The translations under genes were made by a program, and so were the position numbers. The notes under the pieces were generated by a model. The model made no database searches. It was given only the letters and a program-made list of their open reading frames with translations, and had not been told where the DNA came from. Source: an uncultured Spirochaetia bacterium (GTDB lineage: Bacteria; Desulfobacterota_D; UBA1144; Nemesobacterales; CSP1-2). From it: a stretch of DNA of 64,000 nt. How positions within the stretch are numbered: position 1 is the stretch's first letter; each line of letters starts with the position of its first letter. The stretch covers positions 2,591-66,590 of the forward strand of contig CAYMEO010000001.1 of NCBI GenBank assembly GCA_964389705.1, given 5' to 3'. Below are positions 17,387-27,259 of the stretch, piece after piece.

Positions 17387-17775
17387 TTTGATTCGGTCTT
17401 AGAAATTCAACCAATTAGTCAACTGAATTTGTAGGAGCTTTTTGCAAGGCTTCTCTACAATGTCCTTTCAATCGAATACTTAAAATTACACCATACTTGT
17501 GGAATTTACAATGGCGTAATTTGTTTCGCTTCTTTTTCACAAAACTGAACTATCTATGCTGCCGTATCCTTTTTATGTAACGGAGCCTTTTCTATTTACA
17601 TCAAAGGATCTCGATGTTACTGTTAATGGTACATTATCTACGCGTTTTGGTCAGCGAGAAGTTAAAAATAGAGCAAAAAGAGACACTTAGAAGCTTGTAA
17701 ACCTATTCATTATGACTTATACTTAGCTTTACTCAAGGGTAGATATAGGGGTAGGGAAAAGGGGGTGAGGAAGAA

Positions 17776-18798
17776 ATGAAGGTTAGAGTTCTTTTCTTAG
17801 TTCTGGCGGTAGCGTTGGGCTTTGGGATCACATATTTATATAATCCACATCATACCGAGAGTACTATTATCGTTATGGCAGCTGCTATTGGAATTATATT
17901 CGGTGCCGTAGCCCTTGGAATTTTATGGGGGCTTGAACCCAAGATTGATCAAATTACTCCAAGGTCAATGCTCGGAGGCGCAATAGGAGTAGCTATTGCC
18001 TCGCTTGCTTTTTTGGCATTTAAAGAATTGATTGAGGAGTTGGGAATCCCACACATCGCTCCGTACGCCCTTATTGTAGCTTTTCTTTGGCTTTTCTATA
18101 TCGGAATAAGGATGGGAATGAGGAAGGGTTGGGAAGCCGACCAGATGGGAAAGAGGTCTTTTGCTAAGAGTAACTTTGGTGGACCCAAGATACTCGATAC
18201 AAGCGTCATTATAGACGGAAGGATCGCGGATGTTGCCGAGGCTGGGTTTATTGAGGGGCTTATAATTGTGCCCAAGTTTATAATTAAAGAGCTCCAATAC
18301 ATAGCTGATTCAATTGATCCGATTAAGAGGGTAAGGGGAAGAAGGGGACTCGATGTGCTAAAGCGTATGCAGGAGATTCCCAATATTGTAATTAAGATTA
18401 CAAGCCACGATTTCCCGAAGATAAAGGAGACGGATTTAAAGCTTGTAGAACTCGCAAAGAGTATCAAAGGGATTATAGTAACGAATGATTTCAATCTGAA
18501 TAAGGTTGCAGGGCTTCACGGTGTGAAGGTACTCAATCTCAATCAGCTTTCAAGCGCGCTTAGACCCGTGGTGCTTCCGGGCGAGACAATCAATATACGC
18601 GTCGTTAAAGAGGGAAAGGAAGAAAACCAAGGCATAGGTTATCTTGAGGATGGGACTATGGTTGTTGTAGATGATGCTAAGAGGTATGTGGGAAGGGAGA
18701 TAGAGGTTTCCATAACGAGTGTACTTCAAACTCCTACGGGAAGGATGATATTCTCAAGGGTTAAGGAAGAGGGCATGGTCTCTGGTTTTGGTGGTTGA
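17776..18798 (+). CDS. PIN and TRAM domain membrane protein (YacL family)
   Basis: 340 aa. N-terminal TM helices. PIN region ILDTSVIIDGRIADVAEAGFIEGLIIVPKFIIKEL. C-terminal TRAM-like beta domain. Conserved position upstream of ispDF. Confidence 0.75.
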   Translation: MKVRVLFLVLAVALGFGITYLYNPHHTESTIIVMAAAIGIIFGAVALGILWGLEPKIDQITPRSMLGGAIGVAIASLAFLAFKELIEELGIPHIAPYALIVAFLWLFYIGIRMGMRKGWEADQMGKRSFAKSNFGGPKILDTSVIIDGRIADVAEAGFIEGLIIVPKFIIKELQYIADSIDPIKRVRGRRGLDVLKRMQEIPNIVIKITSHDFPKIKETDLKLVELAKSIKGIIVTNDFNLNKVAGLHGVKVLNLNQLSSALRPVVLPGETINIRVVKEGKEENQGIGYLEDGTMVVVDDAKRYVGREIEVSITSVLQTPTGRMIFSRVKEEGMVSGFGG

Positions 18799-18918
18799 GA
18801 AGTCAATAGAAGATATAAATAAATATACGGGGAATAAAGGGATCAGGAGTTAGAAGTATTCCTCATTCTTTTATCCTGACCCTGTGTTTTTCTTTATACC
18901 TTCTGGGTATTTATATAT

Positions 18919-19623
18919 ATGATTAATGTAAAAGCCGCCGCAATAATAGCCGCAGCGGGGTGGGGAAAAAGATTCAGTGTAGGTAGGAGAAAACAGTTTC
19001 AGCTCCTTGGCGGAAAACCGGTTCTTGTCCATTCAATTGAGAGATTCGAAGAATCCCCTTCGGTAGGAGAGATAATACTCGTTGTCTCCGAAGATTCGAC
19101 TGAGTACTGTCGTGAAGAAATAGTGAAGAGGTTTCAATTTAAAAAGATCAAAGAGATTGTCCCTGGCGGTGAAGAAAGGCAGCATTCTGTAAAAAGGGGT
19201 TTTAGTTCAATCTCAAACGAAACAGATATAGTTGTAGTCCATGACGGGGTGCGCCCGTTTGTAACAGTTGATCTGATTGAAAAATCTATAGAAGAGGCTC
19301 TAAAATCAGGCGGGGCGATTGTCGCCGTGCCAGTAAAAGATACGGTAAAGGAATCCTCTGAGGGATACATTCAAAGGACTCTACCGCGTGAGTCTCTTTG
19401 GCTTGCTCAGACCCCTCAGGCTTTTCGGTACGATATTCTAAAGAGGGCTTATGGAATGAGTGAAGAAGACGGATTTCTCGGTACAGATGAGTCATCTCTA
19501 GTTGAGAGGCTTGGTATACGGGTAAGACTTATACAGGGCTCTCAAATGAATATGAAAATCACTACCGAAGAGGATTTGCTCATTGCAGAACTGGCTTTGA
19601 AAGATGCAAAAAATCATGTATAG
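18919..19623 (+). CDS. ispD: 2-C-methyl-D-erythritol 4-phosphate cytidylyltransferase
   Basis: 234 aa. AAIIAAAGWGKRF...KQFQLLGGKPVL N-terminal IspD motif. Confidence 0.9.
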   Translation: MINVKAAAIIAAAGWGKRFSVGRRKQFQLLGGKPVLVHSIERFEESPSVGEIILVVSEDSTEYCREEIVKRFQFKKIKEIVPGGEERQHSVKRGFSSISNETDIVVVHDGVRPFVTVDLIEKSIEEALKSGGAIVAVPVKDTVKESSEGYIQRTLPRESLWLAQTPQAFRYDILKRAYGMSEEDGFLGTDESSLVERLGIRVRLIQGSQMNMKITTEEDLLIAELALKDAKNHV

Positions 19624-20098
19624 AGTGGGAATTGGATTTGACGCACATAGGTTCTCAAAAGAAAGAAAGCTAATTCTTGGAGGGGTAGAGATTCCGTTTG
19701 AGCTGGGGCTTAAAGGTCATTCGGATGCCGATGTTCTCACGCATGCTATATGCGACGCTATATTGGGGGCAATTGGAGAAAGGGATATTGGAAGCCATTT
19801 CCCGGATAGTGATCCCAGATACAAGGGGGTGTCAAGTTTAATTCTTCTCAATCAAGTGATAGCGCTATCGAATTCCAGGGGTTTCAAGATTGAAAACATA
19901 GATAGCATATTAGTCTGCGAAAGGCCAAGGCTCTCTCAATACATATCTCAGATGAAAGAAAGGCTCTCTTTGGTAACCCAGGTTTCAGAGGATTCTCTGT
20001 GTATAAAAGCAACAACGACAGACACTATGGGTTTCACTGGCAGGGGAGAAGGAATAGCGGCCTATGCAGTGGTTCTTGTAAAAAGGGTATCTATTTAA
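19604..20098 (+). CDS. ispF: 2-C-methyl-D-erythritol 2,4-cyclodiphosphate synthase
   Basis: 164 aa. YRVGIGFDAHRF...GHSDADVLTHAICDAILGA. Overlaps ispD by 20 nt. Confidence 0.9.
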   Translation: MQKIMYRVGIGFDAHRFSKERKLILGGVEIPFELGLKGHSDADVLTHAICDAILGAIGERDIGSHFPDSDPRYKGVSSLILLNQVIALSNSRGFKIENIDSILVCERPRLSQYISQMKERLSLVTQVSEDSLCIKATTTDTMGFTGRGEGIAAYAVVLVKRVSI

Positions 20099-20127
20099 TC
20101 ATAAATAGGCGTGGATAGAATGAATAA

Positions 20128-22509
20128 ATGGATTCCTTTCTCCTAAAATATAAAATCCTAGGTCCGCTCCTTGGCTTTGTCTCAGGAATACTAATTGCCG
20201 AGTGGGCAAAGAACGGATGGATTCTGATCGTACTTCTCTCTCCCATCTTCGGTGCCTTGTCCCTTTTTAAACCCAAATTCGGTTTCTTAATATTCATTCC
20301 AATTGGGATTCTATTTTCTACAAGACCGAACCTTCCAGAAAATCACATCTCTCACTTTACGGGAAAAGAACTCGACATTGAAGGGATTCTATTTGAATCT
20401 CCAGAGAGTAGGGAAAAGGGATCGAGGTTGTTTATTGATGCCCAAGCCGTTTTTATAGAAGGGAAAAGGGAGCAGGTATCGGGGAAGGTAATGATATCTA
20501 CGGAGGAGAGAATAGGAGGGCTTGCAGACGGGGATAGGGTTAGGGTGCTCCGTACGAATCTCAGAATCCCAAGGAGTTTTCAAAATCCGGGCAGTTTCAA
20601 CATCAAGCGCTACTATGAAAGACAGGGGATTTATGCTACTGGATTTGTTCCGGGAGAGCAATGGATTATATCGTTTGGGAAGGACAAGTCCTCGAATTTC
20701 TTTCTCCACGCGATAGATAGATTTAGAGTGAGGTTTGGAAATTTTGTAAGAAAGAAATCTCCTTTTCCCGAGAGCGAAATACTAAATGCTATGACAATTG
20801 GGGATCAAGGTGCGGTGCCATCTGAATTAAGGGATCAGTTCTCCAAATCTGGAATAAGCCACATCCTTTCAATTTCAGGGCTTCATGTGGCAGCGGTTGT
20901 ACTTGTTTTTTATATCTTGATTAAATGGACTTTGAAGCGCTCCGAATTCCTTCTTCTTAGGTTTCGGGTGCAAAGACTTGCAGCCGCTCTCACAATTATT
21001 CCCCTTTTCATATACACAGCCCTTGCGGGATTCGCCACCCCTGTGGTACGGGCATCTATAATGGCTGCGCTTTACTTAATCTCGATAGTTATAGGCAGAG
21101 AGGAAAATAGATTAAATACGCTTGCCGTTTCAGCTTTTATTATTCTCCTTTGGCACCCATGGGCAATCTTTGAGCTATCATTTCAACTCTCTTTTGCCTC
21201 GGTTCTCGGAATACTCATTATGAATAAGTTTTATCCGTTCAAGCTAAGCACGCTTAAAGATAAGTTCTCATCAAGCGTAAAGACCACTATTGCTGCATCA
21301 GCCGCCACTTTGCCGTTTATAATAACGTCTTTTGGAATCTTCTCTTTTGTATCTATCCCTGCAAACCTCATTCTTGTTCCTTTCTCCGAATTTCTTATAG
21401 TTCCCCTTGGGCTTCTCTCTTTCTTGGCCTTTGTAATGTCCAAAACTATTGCTATGCCTTTCCTTTATGCGGACATTTTTTTTACGAAATTATTTCTTTG
21501 GGGGAACAGTCAGTTTTTAAAAATCCCTCTTTCTTCTCTGACTGTTCCGCCTCTAAGTGGTGTAAGTTGGATATTCTACATGGCTATAGCTTTGGTTATC
21601 CTTTTTCAAAAGATACATCACAGACTCAGATTTCTTCTTCCATTTCTCATTCTGGGATTTCTTCTCGCCTCGGCATACGGTATATTGAGCAATTCGAAGA
21701 AGGGGTTTCTAGAGGTGGATTTTCTTGATGCCGGAAGTAGGGATATAATCTTCATACGCCTTCCCGAAGAAAAGACAGTTCTCGTTGACGGTGGGTTTTC
21801 ATACCACGACACAGGCGGCTACATAGAAAAAGGGGTTGTTGTCCCATTTCTTCTTAAATCGGGTGTTACAAGGATTAATTATCTGATCTTAACCTCCCTC
21901 GATAGAGACCATCTAGCAGGTGTCAAAGGCATAATACAGAAATTAAGTGTAGAGAGGTTGTGGACAAATGGACAGAGGCTTGACAGCAAGATTTGGGAGA
22001 TAATGAGGGATAGAAATATTATTTGGAAGGATATATCGGATGAGGTAGAAACTCTCAATATAGAAGGAGTTCAAATCGAGTTTCTAAAGCCAAGAGTGGA
22101 ACTTAGGTATGAGGATTCATTAAGGCCCTATCCGATTATAGGGAAATTGACTTTCAAAAACACGGGCTTTCTCTTTGGAGAAGGTATAACAGAAGAGAGG
22201 GTACAGTCCGAGCTTATTAAGACATATAGAGATAGAATCAGAAGCGATGTGCTCTATGTACCAAAGTTCTTTATGAGGCAAAATAGCATTACTGATTTCA
22301 TATCGGCGATTTCTCCGATGATTATCGTGACAAACTCTGGATTCCAGAATTTTAATGAATCACATTACCCAAGGACAATAAAAGGCGATGATGAGAAAAC
22401 ACAGTATATTTTTCAAACCGACGTTCAGGGTACAATCACAGTTCTTACCGATGGAAAACAGATTAGAGTTAGAACATTTCTAGATAAAAGTATGGAATCA
22501 GTGTATTGA
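20128..22509 (+). CDS. comEC: DNA internalization-related competence protein ComEC/Rec2 with C-terminal metallo-beta-lactamase domain
   Basis: 793 aa. DUF4131 N-terminus. Polytopic competence domain (SGISHILSISGLHVAAV). C-terminal MBL fold (LDAGSRDIIFIRLPEEKTVLVDGG, LTSLDRDHLAG). Confidence 0.85.
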   Translation: MDSFLLKYKILGPLLGFVSGILIAEWAKNGWILIVLLSPIFGALSLFKPKFGFLIFIPIGILFSTRPNLPENHISHFTGKELDIEGILFESPESREKGSRLFIDAQAVFIEGKREQVSGKVMISTEERIGGLADGDRVRVLRTNLRIPRSFQNPGSFNIKRYYERQGIYATGFVPGEQWIISFGKDKSSNFFLHAIDRFRVRFGNFVRKKSPFPESEILNAMTIGDQGAVPSELRDQFSKSGISHILSISGLHVAAVVLVFYILIKWTLKRSEFLLLRFRVQRLAAALTIIPLFIYTALAGFATPVVRASIMAALYLISIVIGREENRLNTLAVSAFIILLWHPWAIFELSFQLSFASVLGILIMNKFYPFKLSTLKDKFSSSVKTTIAASAATLPFIITSFGIFSFVSIPANLILVPFSEFLIVPLGLLSFLAFVMSKTIAMPFLYADIFFTKLFLWGNSQFLKIPLSSLTVPPLSGVSWIFYMAIALVILFQKIHHRLRFLLPFLILGFLLASAYGILSNSKKGFLEVDFLDAGSRDIIFIRLPEEKTVLVDGGFSYHDTGGYIEKGVVVPFLLKSGVTRINYLILTSLDRDHLAGVKGIIQKLSVERLWTNGQRLDSKIWEIMRDRNIIWKDISDEVETLNIEGVQIEFLKPRVELRYEDSLRPYPIIGKLTFKNTGFLFGEGITEERVQSELIKTYRDRIRSDVLYVPKFFMRQNSITDFISAISPMIIVTNSGFQNFNESHYPRTIKGDDEKTQYIFQTDVQGTITVLTDGKQIRVRTFLDKSMESVY

Positions 22510-22631
22510 GCTTTACTGTCCTGTCTAGACCTTATTTCTGATCCAATCTTGTATATATTGCGCAACTCCTTTTCACCCAATATAAGGGGTTATTTCGGAG
22601 AATAACTCGAGCCTTAGGATTTAATTTAGAC

Positions 22632-23381
22632 TTAATCGTCTTCGAGTCTGCCGTGAATAAAATCGCTTAGAGCCTCAATTGTCGTATTCTTAGCCTCTTC
22701 TACAGTTCCTACGAATATGATTTTTCCCTTATAGAGAAACGCGATTCTATCTGAAATCTCGAATGCGCTCGTAACATCGTGCGTGATAATAACTCCGGTT
22801 ACTCCAAATTTTTGCTGCATCTCTCTTATTAGGTGATTGATTCTGCTTGTGTTCGGTGGGTCAAGTCCTGTTGTCGGTTCATCATAGAGCAGGATCTTTG
22901 GTTCCATAGCCATTGCCCTTGCAAGCCCGACGCGCTTTTTCATGCCCCCGCTTAGATCCGAAGGGAGTTTATCCTCTATTCCTGGAAGTCCTACAAGCTC
23001 GAGATTTCTTGAAACTATCTCCTTTATTTCATTTTCGGTGTGTTTTGAGTGTTCTCTAAGTGGGTAGGCTATGTTCTCATACACAGTGAGAGAATCAAAA
23101 AGGGCTGCCCCCTGAAAAAGCATTCCGATTTTTTTTCTTACATGTACAAGCTCATTCTCATCCATTGGAACAATGTCTTCGCCATCCACAATAATCTGAC
23201 CGCTATCGGGTTTTATAAGGCCGGTAATCTCTTTAAGGAGAACGCTTTTGCCTGATCCGCTACCACCGAGTATGGTTATATTCTCATCTCTTCTGATCGA
23301 GAGTGTAACACCCGTGTGGACTTCTTTTGAGTTAAATGACTTATAGACATCTTTAAGTTCTATAATAAAATCTTCTTTCAT
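22632..23381 (-). CDS. ABC transporter ATP-binding protein (MlaF/Ttg2A-like)
   Basis: 249 aa. Walker A GGSGSGKS. ABC signature LSGGMKKRVGLARA. Walker B ILLYDEPTTGLD. No adjacent permease gene. Confidence 0.9.
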   Translation of the reverse strand: MKEDFIIELKDVYKSFNSKEVHTGVTLSIRRDENITILGGSGSGKSVLLKEITGLIKPDSGQIIVDGEDIVPMDENELVHVRKKIGMLFQGAALFDSLTVYENIAYPLREHSKHTENEIKEIVSRNLELVGLPGIEDKLPSDLSGGMKKRVGLARAMAMEPKILLYDEPTTGLDPPNTSRINHLIREMQQKFGVTGVIITHDVTSAFEISDRIAFLYKGKIIFVGTVEEAKNTTIEALSDFIHGRLEDD

Positions 23382-23593
23382 GCCCCAGACCTTTTCTTAG
23401 TTCATATATAGAATCAAATACGCCGATAGCATCTATTTATTTGTGATAAAGACAACAGTCCTCACCCTGCTCAGAATAATAGGGTTTGTATTTATAATGA
23501 GATATACAAGAAATTCAATACACTTTTTAGATAATAAAACCAAAATGGCTCCTTTGTCAAAGATTGATATATCGCATTTTGAACTAATTCTTT

Positions 23594-23622
23594 TTGACAC
23601 CCTCCAATTAGAAAGCTATAAT
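23594..23622 (+). promoter_or_regulatory. near-consensus sigma70 promoter upstream of the superoxide dismutase gene
   Basis: TTGACA (23594-23599), 17 nt spacer, TATAAT (23617-23622). About 95 nt upstream of the ATG at 23716. RBS GAAGGAGG. Confidence 0.5.
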
Positions 23623-23715
23623 ATCTTAATAAAATCCTTTACTTACAATCTCTCAATGGTTATTTTTGTTTTTCATCATTTATATAAATAAAATTTCAGT
23701 AGAAGGAGGTTTGTT

Positions 23716-24327
23716 ATGGCACACGAATTACCGAAATTGCCCTATAGTTATGACGCACTCGAGCCGCACATTGACGCCCGTACAATGGAGATTCACTATA
23801 CAGGGCATCATCGCACTTACGTAAACAACCTCAACGCGGCCTTAGAAAAGTACCCCGATCTACAGAGCAAGAGCGTTGAGGATCTGCTAAAGAATCTAAA
23901 TGCGATCCCTGAAGACATACGTACTGCTGTTCGTAACAATGGCGGAGGTCATCTTAACCACACCATGTTTTGGCCCATGATGAGTCCAAACGGCGGAGGG
24001 GAGCCTAAAGGCGAGCTTGCAGATGCGATTAATTCTGCTTTTGGCAGTTTCGCGAACTTCAAGGATCAGTTCTCCAAAGCTGCCCTCGGTCGGTTCGGAA
24101 GTGGCTGGGCCTGGCTATGTGTGGATAAAGGCGGTAAGCTGATCATAACTTCGACCCCCAATCAGGATAACCCCATATCCGAAGGCTTAAAGCCTATTCT
24201 CGGTCTTGACGTTTGGGAGCACGCCTACTATCTCAAATACCAAAATCGGCGCGCAGATTATATTTCAGCTTGGTGGAATGTGGTCAACTGGGATCAGATA
24301 GCTAAAAATTACGCGAGTACAAAATAG
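23716..24327 (+). CDS. Fe/Mn superoxide dismutase
   Basis: 203 aa. [32 protein letters not shown]. Metal ligands in the DVWEHAYY region. Confidence 0.95.
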   Translation: MAHELPKLPYSYDALEPHIDARTMEIHYTGHHRTYVNNLNAALEKYPDLQSKSVEDLLKNLNAIPEDIRTAVRNNGGGHLNHTMFWPMMSPNGGGEPKGELADAINSAFGSFANFKDQFSKAALGRFGSGWAWLCVDKGGKLIITSTPNQDNPISEGLKPILGLDVWEHAYYLKYQNRRADYISAWWNVVNWDQIAKNYASTK

Positions 24328-24430
24328 GCAATAAATGTTGCTAAATTCAGAGAGGGTTATTACTCCAGCTATAGGGGGGTACATTGTAACGTACTCCCCT
24401 CTAATCTTCTTTAGAAGGACGGGTCCTTCT

Positions 24431-24844
24431 TCATTCCGGTAGCTCACTCAGCGTCCAGTACATATTGATAGTTCTTATCACGTCGACGAATTGCATATAG
24501 TCAATCGGTTTAATCATATAGCCCGCAACACCCAAATTAAAGCTTTCAATTTTATCCTGATCCTGTTTGGATGTTGTCAAAACTACAACTGGAATCCTTT
24601 TTAGCGAGTTGTCTTGTTTTGCTAACTTTAGAAACTCTATACCGTTCATCTTAGGCATATTTAAGTCCAGAAGAATAATACTAGGTTTTTCATTTTTCTC
24701 ATCTCTTAAAAACTCAAGTGCCTCCTCGCCATTGCCGACGATGATTAACTGATTAGTGACATTTATATCTTTGAGGGCCCGTTTAACGGTTATTTGATCA
24801 ACTCGATCGTCTTCGACAAGGAGAATTGGTTTTTGGCTCTTCAT
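24431..24844 (-). CDS. single-domain response regulator (CheY-like receiver)
   Basis: 137 aa. LLVEDDRVD...IILLDLNMPKMNGIEFLK receiver motifs. No output domain. 4-nt overlap with the upstream kinase gene. Confidence 0.85.
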   Translation of the reverse strand: MKSQKPILLVEDDRVDQITVKRALKDINVTNQLIIVGNGEEALEFLRDEKNEKPSIILLDLNMPKMNGIEFLKLAKQDNSLKRIPVVVLTTSKQDQDKIESFNLGVAGYMIKPIDYMQFVDVIRTINMYWTLSELPE

Positions 24845-27078
24845 CTTCTACCCCCTGTGGCATTGTTAAAAGTCGAGTTCCTTGCTTCCCCCTTCGGCAG
24901 TGTAAAAAAGAATGTACTTCCGTAACCGACCTTCGATTCTACCCAAACCTCTCCACCATACATTTCGATAATTTTTTTTACTATTGAAAGACCAATACCT
25001 GTGCTCTCAAATTCATCACGCGGTGATAATGTTTGAAATATCTGAAAAATCTTTGTAAAGTGCTTTTCATCAATCCCCGGTCCGTTATCTGTGACACTAA
25101 ATCTCCAACAGCCATTATTTTCAATACAGCCAATTTTAATCTCCCCTTTCGGTTTATCCATAAATTTTATGGCATTGCTTAGTAAGTTTTGGAAGACCTG
25201 TTGGATGCGTGTCTTCTCACACAGAATGTTAGGTAATTCGTTTTCGATCTTTATTTCAATATTTTCTGGTGGGGCGATCATATCAATTATTTCAGGCACA
25301 AGCCCGTTTAGGTTCACCTCTACCTTTTCTTCTCTGATACGCCCAACCCTTGAGTATTGTAGAATGCCCTCAATTAAATCGTGCATTCGCTTTACCCTGC
25401 TGAGGAGCAGATTCATTTGCTCTTTACCATCTTCATCGAATTTATCGGCGTAATCGGCCAGTATCCAATTTGCTAACGAACCGATTGCACGTAGAGGGGC
25501 TTTCAGATCATGGGAAACGATATATGCAAAATCATTTAGCTCTCGATTAACGCTTTCTAGTTCTCTGAGGAGCTGGGCCTGCCTTTCTTCTGCCATTTTG
25601 CGCTCTGTGACATCACGTACAAAGCGATAGTGACCCTTGAGTTGCCCATTCTTATCAATGTTTTTAATGATTGTTACTTCTTGATAAAAAGTGGAACCGT
25701 CCTTACGAAAGCCTCTTGATTCGAACTTTACCTTTCCGATTCTCAGCATATCCTTATGGGCGTTTATCTCCCTTTCGAGGTCATTAGGGTGCACGGTTTT
25801 CTGCCATTCCATGCCAATCATCTCATTGACATTGCAACCAAATATGGTTGCATATGCCCTGTTTACACTTAGGTAACGGCCCTGCATATCCAAAAAACTT
25901 ATACCTTCAAGGGCGTTTTCAAGAGCGGCATTGATTTCATATAACTTTCCTTCTGTCCTCTTACGCTCTGTGATGTCACGGATAATACCACTGTAGAAGA
26001 TTCCTTCTCCTATTTTCCAATCGGCGAGTGAAAGCTCCAGTGGGAATTCGCTACCGTTTTTCCTAAGCCCACGCAGTTCAACTGTTTTTCCGATAATACC
26101 GTGTTTGCTGCCGCTTAATTTAAACCACCCAAGCCTTATATCGTTTCTGTGTTGTTCAGATAACAAAAGATCAAGGGGCTTGCCCAGCAGTTCTTCTTGA
26201 GTATAACCGAAGATGATTTGTGTGCTTTTATTGCATGAAATGATATTTCCACTGTCATTAGCCAAAATAATCGCATCATTAGCCGACTCCACCACAGAGC
26301 GGAATTTCATCTCTGATTCTCGCAGTATCTCCTCTACCCGCTTGTGCTCGGTAATATCAAGTGCTGTTCCTAGAATGCCTACTTGTTTCCCTTCTTTATT
26401 AATCAGTGGACTCCAGGAACTCAAACACCATTTTGTCTGTCCATCTTTGGTTAGAATACGGAATTCCTCTCCCCAGAGACTCTTGCCTTGAAGCAGCTTT
26501 TCCCATTGTTGCGTAATCCTCGCCTTGTCATCTGGATGAACGTAATTGATAAAGTCCCTATCATAGAGTTCTTTGGTTGTGTACCCAGTTAATACCTCGA
26601 ATGGTGAATTCGCATACTGGAGCTTGCAGTTTATATCGTATACAAGAACGGCCTCTTCTATATTTTCGGTGATAAGTTGAAATTTGTGATTGGATTCTAT
26701 TAGCGCCTTCTCCGTTTGCCTGCACTTAGCAATTTGGTTCTGTAGCTCTTGCTTGAGCGATTCGATTTCCTTTGCGCGAAGTCGCGCTGTTTGAACAAGT
26801 TGGATCGCCAACGCAAGTAGTAAAGCCATTATAAATCCTGTAACCAGCAACGCCTTGGGTAGGACGGACTGGGCTTTAGTAAGTATCTCCAGATTTGACC
26901 AGACTTGCATGTGCCAAATGATGACATATAAACCCAAAGTGACTACTACTGTGACACCGAAACCGGCTAAAACTGGAAGCCATCGCATCTCGTTGGGAGA
27001 CCATTTTATGCCAGTTGCTAGGGAAGCGTTTCTTTGGTTTTTCCCTCTGCTTTTTCTGGATAGAGCTGTTCCGATCAT
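24841..27078 (-). CDS. PAS-domain sensor histidine kinase
   Basis: 745 aa. N-terminal TM segments. Several PAS/PAC repeats (TERK..E motifs). HisKA H-box SHDLKAPLRAI. HATPase_c with G-boxes (DNGPGID, GTGIGLSI). Confidence 0.9.
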   Translation of the reverse strand: MIGTALSRKSRGKNQRNASLATGIKWSPNEMRWLPVLAGFGVTVVVTLGLYVIIWHMQVWSNLEILTKAQSVLPKALLVTGFIMALLLALAIQLVQTARLRAKEIESLKQELQNQIAKCRQTEKALIESNHKFQLITENIEEAVLVYDINCKLQYANSPFEVLTGYTTKELYDRDFINYVHPDDKARITQQWEKLLQGKSLWGEEFRILTKDGQTKWCLSSWSPLINKEGKQVGILGTALDITEHKRVEEILRESEMKFRSVVESANDAIILANDSGNIISCNKSTQIIFGYTQEELLGKPLDLLLSEQHRNDIRLGWFKLSGSKHGIIGKTVELRGLRKNGSEFPLELSLADWKIGEGIFYSGIIRDITERKRTEGKLYEINAALENALEGISFLDMQGRYLSVNRAYATIFGCNVNEMIGMEWQKTVHPNDLEREINAHKDMLRIGKVKFESRGFRKDGSTFYQEVTIIKNIDKNGQLKGHYRFVRDVTERKMAEERQAQLLRELESVNRELNDFAYIVSHDLKAPLRAIGSLANWILADYADKFDEDGKEQMNLLLSRVKRMHDLIEGILQYSRVGRIREEKVEVNLNGLVPEIIDMIAPPENIEIKIENELPNILCEKTRIQQVFQNLLSNAIKFMDKPKGEIKIGCIENNGCWRFSVTDNGPGIDEKHFTKIFQIFQTLSPRDEFESTGIGLSIVKKIIEMYGGEVWVESKVGYGSTFFFTLPKGEARNSTFNNATGGRR

Positions 27079-27259
27079 TAATGTTTTTAATATCGCAAGA
27101 ACTATGCCATAACGCTTCCTTTTCTAACTTATCTAAACCATTTGATTTTTATAACGGGGCAGGATTTGATATACAATCTACAACAAATTTTTGTCAGGAA
27201 CTCAGCGGTTTTTAGGTGATTTATTCAGGGGATTTCTAAGTCGCGGACCAAATGTCTAT

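Noticed and set aside
17387-17775. 390 nt non-coding region between argS and yacL as a possible structured RNA (tmRNA, RNase P, SRP RNA, 6S)
   Set aside because: No conserved motifs of those RNAs were found (no GGUUCGAUUCC, no RNase P P4 sequences, no SRP domain IV GGAA tetraloop context). It is most simply a divergent promoter region.
23443-23691. 82 aa ORF in the ABC/sodA intergenic region
   Set aside because: Extremely AT-rich with low-complexity translation. Overlaps the consensus sodA promoter, so it is more likely non-coding.
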